From an uncultured archaeon (GTDB lineage: Archaea > Asgardarchaeota > Thorarchaeia > Thorarchaeales > Thorarchaeaceae): 64,000 nt of DNA. The notes below the pieces were generated by a model. That model had not been told where the DNA came from. It made no database searches and was given only the letters and a program-made list of their open reading frames with translations. Every line of letters starts with the position of its first letter. Within the stretch, counting starts at the first letter, position 1. This document shows positions 59,692 to 64,000 of this stretch, in pieces. The stretch is taken from positions 23,056 to 87,055 of the forward strand of contig CAZSWP010000012.1 in assembly GCA_964610875.1 (NCBI GenBank), read 5' to 3'. A program made the position numbers and the translations under genes.

Positions 59692-60448
59692 AAACTCCCT
59701 CGCCGGTGATCAGTCCGGTGAACACTTCCTCAAGATTAGCGGCCATGTACTTCTCTTCAAGCTCGGATGGTTTTCCAATGGCAATCAGCTCGCCCTCATT
59801 CAGAATGCCTACTCTATCACAGAGTTCAGAGACCTCGTTTAAGTCGTGAGTTGTGAGTATGATTGTACGATTCTCTTCCTGACTGAGCTTCTTCAGTACA
59901 TTCCGGACGACGCGCGCACCAATCGTGTCTACGCCCGTTGTAGGTTCATCCATGAAGACAATCTCAGGTTCGATGATGAGTGCCCTTGCAACCAGAACCT
60001 TTCGTTTCATCCCACCACTGAAGCTCTTGACTTGGTAGTCTTCTTTCTCCTTCAGACCGACGGTCTCCAATAAGTGATCTGCTCGTTTGTTCAGCTCCCT
60101 CTCAGGGATGCCGTACAATCCACCGTAATAGACAAGATTCTCCCGTGCCGTCAGACGTTCATAGATGCCTGCCTCTTGTGGGAGGAGAGCCACACGTTCT
60201 CTGATATAGTCTATGTCCTGTTCAACATCCTTTCCCAGAACGTACGCTTTGCCACTCGTTGGAGTCAAGAGACCTACGAGGACACGAATCAGAGTGGTCT
60301 TACCTGCTCCGTTTGGCCCTAAGAGACCAAACACTTCTCCTCTCTTTATCTCTAGATTGACTTCATCGAGAGCGATAACCTCTCGTTTCTTGCCTTTCTC
60401 AAAGATCTTTGTCAATCCCTCTGTTCTAATGACTCTGTCCAACTCCAT
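59681..60448 (-). CDS. ABC exporter ATP-binding subunit
   Basis: GPNGAGKTT, FSGGMKRK, DEPTTG, TTH. Confidence 0.93.
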   Translation of the reverse strand: MELDRVIRTEGLTKIFEKGKKREVIALDEVNLEIKRGEVFGLLGPNGAGKTTLIRVLVGLLTPTSGKAYVLGKDVEQDIDYIRERVALLPQEAGIYERLTARENLVYYGGLYGIPERELNKRADHLLETVGLKEKEDYQVKSFSGGMKRKVLVARALIIEPEIVFMDEPTTGVDTIGARVVRNVLKKLSQEENRTIILTTHDLNEVSELCDRVGILNEGELIAIGKPSELEEKYMAANLEEVFTGLITGEGVYGE

Positions 60449-60472
60449 GTTTCAACCCTCATCAGTTCAACA

Positions 60473-61240
60473 TCATTGTACGTGTTTGACCTCTGGAAAT
60501 GGTGGTTCTCCTTTTAACATCTCAAGAAATTCGTGAGCTCTAGCAATCCCAGCGTCTTCACCTTGGATGAAGAATGTGACTGAGCCTTCTGCTCCATTGA
60601 TGCCACCTGCCGCAATTGGGATTGTGAGCACACCGAAGAGTGCCTGAAGAGCATCTATCTCTGTGAATGGAATACCCTCAGGAATTGCGATTGCACCCAC
60701 TGGCCAACCGATTGTATAGTCCCACTCGTCCTTCCCAAACTGGCCTACAAAATCATCATAGGAAACAGGAATGAACTTCTCAAATCCTCCTGGCATCACA
60801 ATCGTCACATTCTTAGCGGCAGCGGCACCAATGAATGAACCCACAGTTCCACCAGTTTCGCTAGCAAGCAGGACTATCGGTGTCCAATCCCTATCAAATG
60901 CATTGACACTCTTGATTATGACATCCTTGGGGCCGAGCTCTGAGAGGACATCTATCACTTTCTTCTCATCCAGATATTCTCCTCGATGAAATATGGCATC
61001 ATGAGCACGATGTTCTTTCTGAGTGATTGTCATTCCCTCAGGCTTCGTCAGCCCTGCGATATGCTTTGTCTTATCGTAACTACCCAGTATCTCTTCAACA
61101 AGGTAACTGGAGGTTGTGCCAAGCGTGACGCAGAGATATCCTTCTTGTAGTGCAGTAGTGACCTCTTCTGTAGCGAGTAGGCCTTTTGCAATCAGTCTCT
61201 TACTTTCAGACACTGTGAGGGTGACAAGTAGCTTCTTCAT
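60473..61240 (-). CDS. Conserved-looking hypothetical protein
   Basis: 255-aa ORF with TLTVSESKRLIAK, GTT, GGTVG and GGINGAEGS motifs. Confidence 0.7.
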   Translation of the reverse strand: MKKLLVTLTVSESKRLIAKGLLATEEVTTALQEGYLCVTLGTTSSYLVEEILGSYDKTKHIAGLTKPEGMTITQKEHRAHDAIFHRGEYLDEKKVIDVLSELGPKDVIIKSVNAFDRDWTPIVLLASETGGTVGSFIGAAAAKNVTIVMPGGFEKFIPVSYDDFVGQFGKDEWDYTIGWPVGAIAIPEGIPFTEIDALQALFGVLTIPIAAGGINGAEGSVTFFIQGEDAGIARAHEFLEMLKGEPPFPEVKHVQ

Positions 61241-61449
61241 TCATTTTCGCCTATCGACTCACTATTGAGATTGCATTTTACTTTGTCGTATCGGACAAGG
61301 AGAACTACCACAATGAATGCATGTTCTAGAAACTACAAATTCTGACATATTTCTAAATAACCAAACATTGGAAATGTAAGAAAAATAGTAAGATTTCCCT
61401 GAAATATATGACCTTACATAGCAACGACCATCACAATATCTGAATCACC

Positions 61450-62934
61450 ATGCCTGACGTCTTCTGCTCTGTGAAGGTACCCATTGCATATGCTCAGCTG
61501 AGCGGGTACGAGAAACAGCGGCTGCGACAGATGTTAGGTAGGGACAGTCGCTGCATCAAGGACTTCCTTGGTGTCATCGAGGAACATGAGAAAGAGCTGC
61601 TTACAGGCAAGAACAATGACAGGGTCGAAAAGGGCCAGTTGGCGAAGCTCACCATGACCGCTATCAAAGGCGTGCCTGTACGTAAGCAACGCCTCTCAGT
61701 CCCTCATGACATGAAGGCGAGATACAGGCGTTCCTCGGTGCATGAGATATACGAGTGCATGGATACGGCCATTGCCATGTACGAGGCATATCTGAAGCTC
61801 AGGAAGAAGCTCGGTGCATCGCGTCCCTGTGCTGTGAACAAAAGTAGATGCGTACCACGGAACGCATACACTCGGTGCTTCGAGCTTATTGAATCTGAAT
61901 CCAGTAGATGGACCCTTGACCTGCGAGACTCCTTGGACTCGTCACCACAGGGTAGGTTCAGGCATGACAGACTGAAGATTCCTCTGAAAGTCTCAGACTA
62001 CCATCGAGAGAGGTTACAACAGGGTGAAGTGAAATCGTTAAAGATATTCACTGATTCATCTGGAAAGTGGTGGGTGTCATTCTCTGTGAAAGTTGACATA
62101 CCAACACCTGAAGAGGAAGGAAAGCCTGTTTCTGTGCTCGGCATCGACCTTGGTATCAAGAAGGCTGCTGTAACCACTTTGGTGACACCTGAGAAGGTCA
62201 GAGGGACGAGGTACTTCATACAGGAAAGCAAGGCTCTGCTCATCGAGAAGTACGACAGGCGAGTGGCTGAGCTCCAACGGGAGCTTGCTACTCGAAGGAA
62301 CAATGGTCTTCCGTACGATAGTGTCGCAAAGGAACTGAGACGAATCCGTCACAAGCGGTTGGATATCGCGAAGAATTATGATAGTGTGTTGATAACACAT
62401 CTCCTTGACTATATCGAAGAGCTCTCAAAGGACTATACGCTGTACGTGTCCATTGGGAAATTGAAAGGTATCCGAAAGCTGGCTCGTAAGGGCAACTACC
62501 GCGGAAGAAGGTTCAGAGGTATGCTACATTCGTGGGCATTTCACAGAATCACTGAGACCCTGAGATTCAAGCTGGAACTCCTCGGTTGGCCTACGAAAGG
62601 AAAGAGCTCATGGTTCAGAGTGGTGTCAGAACATGGGACATCAAGCAAATGCTGGAAGTGTGGGAGGAAAGGTATTCGACCATATCAGAACTACTTCGTG
62701 TGCCATACCTGTGGACACAGGACCAACGCTGACAGGAACGGAGCTATCAATATAGCTGCGAAAACAATCACGCTCACTCCATTACTTCATGAAGTGAGAG
62801 GACTAGGCAATTGGGCCAGCTCGGTGGAGCGCGGTCTGCGGCTGAAGACCCGAGGGACTTCTTTAGAAGAGGTCTCGGAGGAGGTCCTGACCCTCTACAA
62901 TAGAGAATCATCAGTCTCGGAGGGAGCGCGGTGA
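61450..62934 (+). CDS. tnpB: RNA-guided endonuclease TnpB (IS200/IS605/IS607 family) with rearranged RuvC-II; no transposase nearby
   Basis: GIDLG (RuvC-I), SIGKL, VSEHGTSSKCWKC...CHTC zinc ribbon, NADRNGAINI (RuvC-III). Confidence 0.9.
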   Translation: MPDVFCSVKVPIAYAQLSGYEKQRLRQMLGRDSRCIKDFLGVIEEHEKELLTGKNNDRVEKGQLAKLTMTAIKGVPVRKQRLSVPHDMKARYRRSSVHEIYECMDTAIAMYEAYLKLRKKLGASRPCAVNKSRCVPRNAYTRCFELIESESSRWTLDLRDSLDSSPQGRFRHDRLKIPLKVSDYHRERLQQGEVKSLKIFTDSSGKWWVSFSVKVDIPTPEEEGKPVSVLGIDLGIKKAAVTTLVTPEKVRGTRYFIQESKALLIEKYDRRVAELQRELATRRNNGLPYDSVAKELRRIRHKRLDIAKNYDSVLITHLLDYIEELSKDYTLYVSIGKLKGIRKLARKGNYRGRRFRGMLHSWAFHRITETLRFKLELLGWPTKGKSSWFRVVSEHGTSSKCWKCGRKGIRPYQNYFVCHTCGHRTNADRNGAINIAAKTITLTPLLHEVRGLGNWASSVERGLRLKTRGTSLEEVSEEVLTLYNRESSVSEGAR

Positions 62935-63120
62935 CGGTAACACACCGTGCACGAAATACTATGGAAATACCTTCTGCTGCTGGAAGTGATGGTCCAGATA
63001 CAACAGCAGGGGACAGAAGCCAGGACTGGCGTTCGTAGAACGTCAATCAAAGCTCTCATTGAGTTCGTACGTCCTCTCGAGGACGATCGAGGCGGCGACG
63101 CTGGTGAGGGAAGGGTGGAA
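62850..63120 (+). ncRNA. Candidate omegaRNA/reRNA scaffold (boundaries approximate)
   Basis: GC-rich tract overlapping and following the tnpB 3' end, with stems cggtg/caccg, ctgctg-ctgga/tccag-cagcag and cgtcctc/gaggacg; abrupt shift to AT-rich sequence near 63119. Confidence 0.55.
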
Positions 63121-63508
63121 TATAGAAGAGTCTTATAGGAATGTAAGATTTGTGTTATCTAGAATACGTGTCTTTTCGTTGATGTCCTTGATACTCATCT
63201 CAACGAGATTCTCTCTATTATATCTGTATCCGAGGATTCCAATGTATTTCAATACGCAAGATGTAGTGTCATGAATTCTCTCTTGGTAATAAGATGAGGT
63301 TCCAATTGTTATATCAATAAAAACACCAATATCACAAAAAGCATAATAGAAGAAAGACTTGTCAATATGGAATGAACTGATATGGACACATTGAGGAAAT
63401 CCCGATGAGGAATAGTACTGGTAGGAGAATGATTGAGGAACGGGGATGGCTATGACACAATTGCCATATCTTCACTTTTATCAACAACGACTATTACCTA
63501 ACCATGTT

Positions 63509-63877
63509 TCAAGATGAAATGACATTCTTTTTCTTCAAGGTCAAGTACATCCAAATCATTACAAGTTTTGTAATTATGATAATCCCAAGAAAGAACCAAG
63601 ATGCTATCAAAATAGTAATTATATCGATTGACACATTGACTAAAATCATGATGTAAAATAGTTGGCGTTGTTTGCTAGGTTGGTCATGTATTCTTCTGGA
63701 TAATTTTTCTTTCCAAGATTCGTCTTTATCTTCCAATGATAGCTTTAGTATATCAATCATAGTGAATAGAATAACCAAATTTACAATTTGGAAAACAAAA
63801 CCAATTATGATATCAATGTACAAAAGAATTTCGTCAACTATCGCCATTTTTTTGTTTCTCCTTTTTTCATGATGCAA
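63509..63877 (-). CDS. Hypothetical membrane protein (AT-rich)
   Basis: Three hydrophobic segments; real start probably MAIVDE after an AGGAG RBS. Confidence 0.55.
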   Translation of the reverse strand: MHHEKRRNKKMAIVDEILLYIDIIIGFVFQIVNLVILFTMIDILKLSLEDKDESWKEKLSRRIHDQPSKQRQLFYIMILVNVSIDIITILIASWFFLGIIIITKLVMIWMYLTLKKKNVISS

Positions 63878-63888
63878 TAAATTAATTG

Positions 63889-63911
63889 GAGAGAGTCATA
63901 TCGACTCTCTC
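63889..63911. terminator. Perfect 9-bp hairpin
   Basis: gagagagtc-atatc-gactctctc. Confidence 0.45.
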
Positions 63912-63930
63912 ACGAATCGATTAATACTTT

Positions 63931-64000
63931 TCAGAACGCCATATACAAATGCCATAGAGCTGTACCAAGAATAGCTATACCAATCGCTGCAATGAGAATG
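63931..64000 (-). CDS. 3' end of a probable membrane protein gene (partial)
   Basis: ...ILIAAIGIAILGTALWHLYMAF* open to the window edge. Confidence 0.4.
   Translation of the reverse strand, partial: ILIAAIGIAILGTALWHLYMAF

Noticed and set aside
63130-63500. Gene downstream of tnpB
   Set aside because: Minus-strand open stretches lack a start and switch frame; possibly a decayed membrane gene, not callable.
1-64000. CRISPR array, rRNA genes and the many short antisense ORFs in the track
   Set aside because: No regularly spaced repeats or rRNA-like sequence seen; the short ORFs are shadows of well-supported genes.

Overview
Gene-dense archaeal chromosomal window. Gene content (TFB, RpoP, aIF1, GGGP synthase, EndA, a Roadblock/LC7 protein, a two-domain gelsolin, a GET3-like ATPase, SelB and SepSecS) points to an Asgard archaeon, most likely Thorarchaeia; this is inferred from gene content only. 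The window holds selenocysteine machinery (SepSecS, SelB), HdrA and an mvhD-G-A hydrogenase operon whose large subunit lacks its C-terminal Ni ligands. It also has a cluster of two AORs with nucleobase-catabolism enzymes, an intron-containing tRNA-Ser(GGA), a decayed MNT-HEPN pair, and an fpg/nei gene split by a 186-bp structured in-frame insertion. The main leads are: (1) a transposase-less TnpB with the Fanzor-type rearranged RuvC site and a structured 3' RNA; (2) an unannotated 17-aa peptide gene with a structured RNA, lying between an ABC exporter and a tandem wHTH/Lrp-like protein; (3) the fpg insertion, whose two ends recur as a mini-element 3 kb away; (4) a Walker-less MCM-like protein; (5) a small membrane protein translationally coupled to the GET3-like gene. 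No CRISPR array or rRNA gene was seen. All family assignments come from motif recognition by eye, not database searches.
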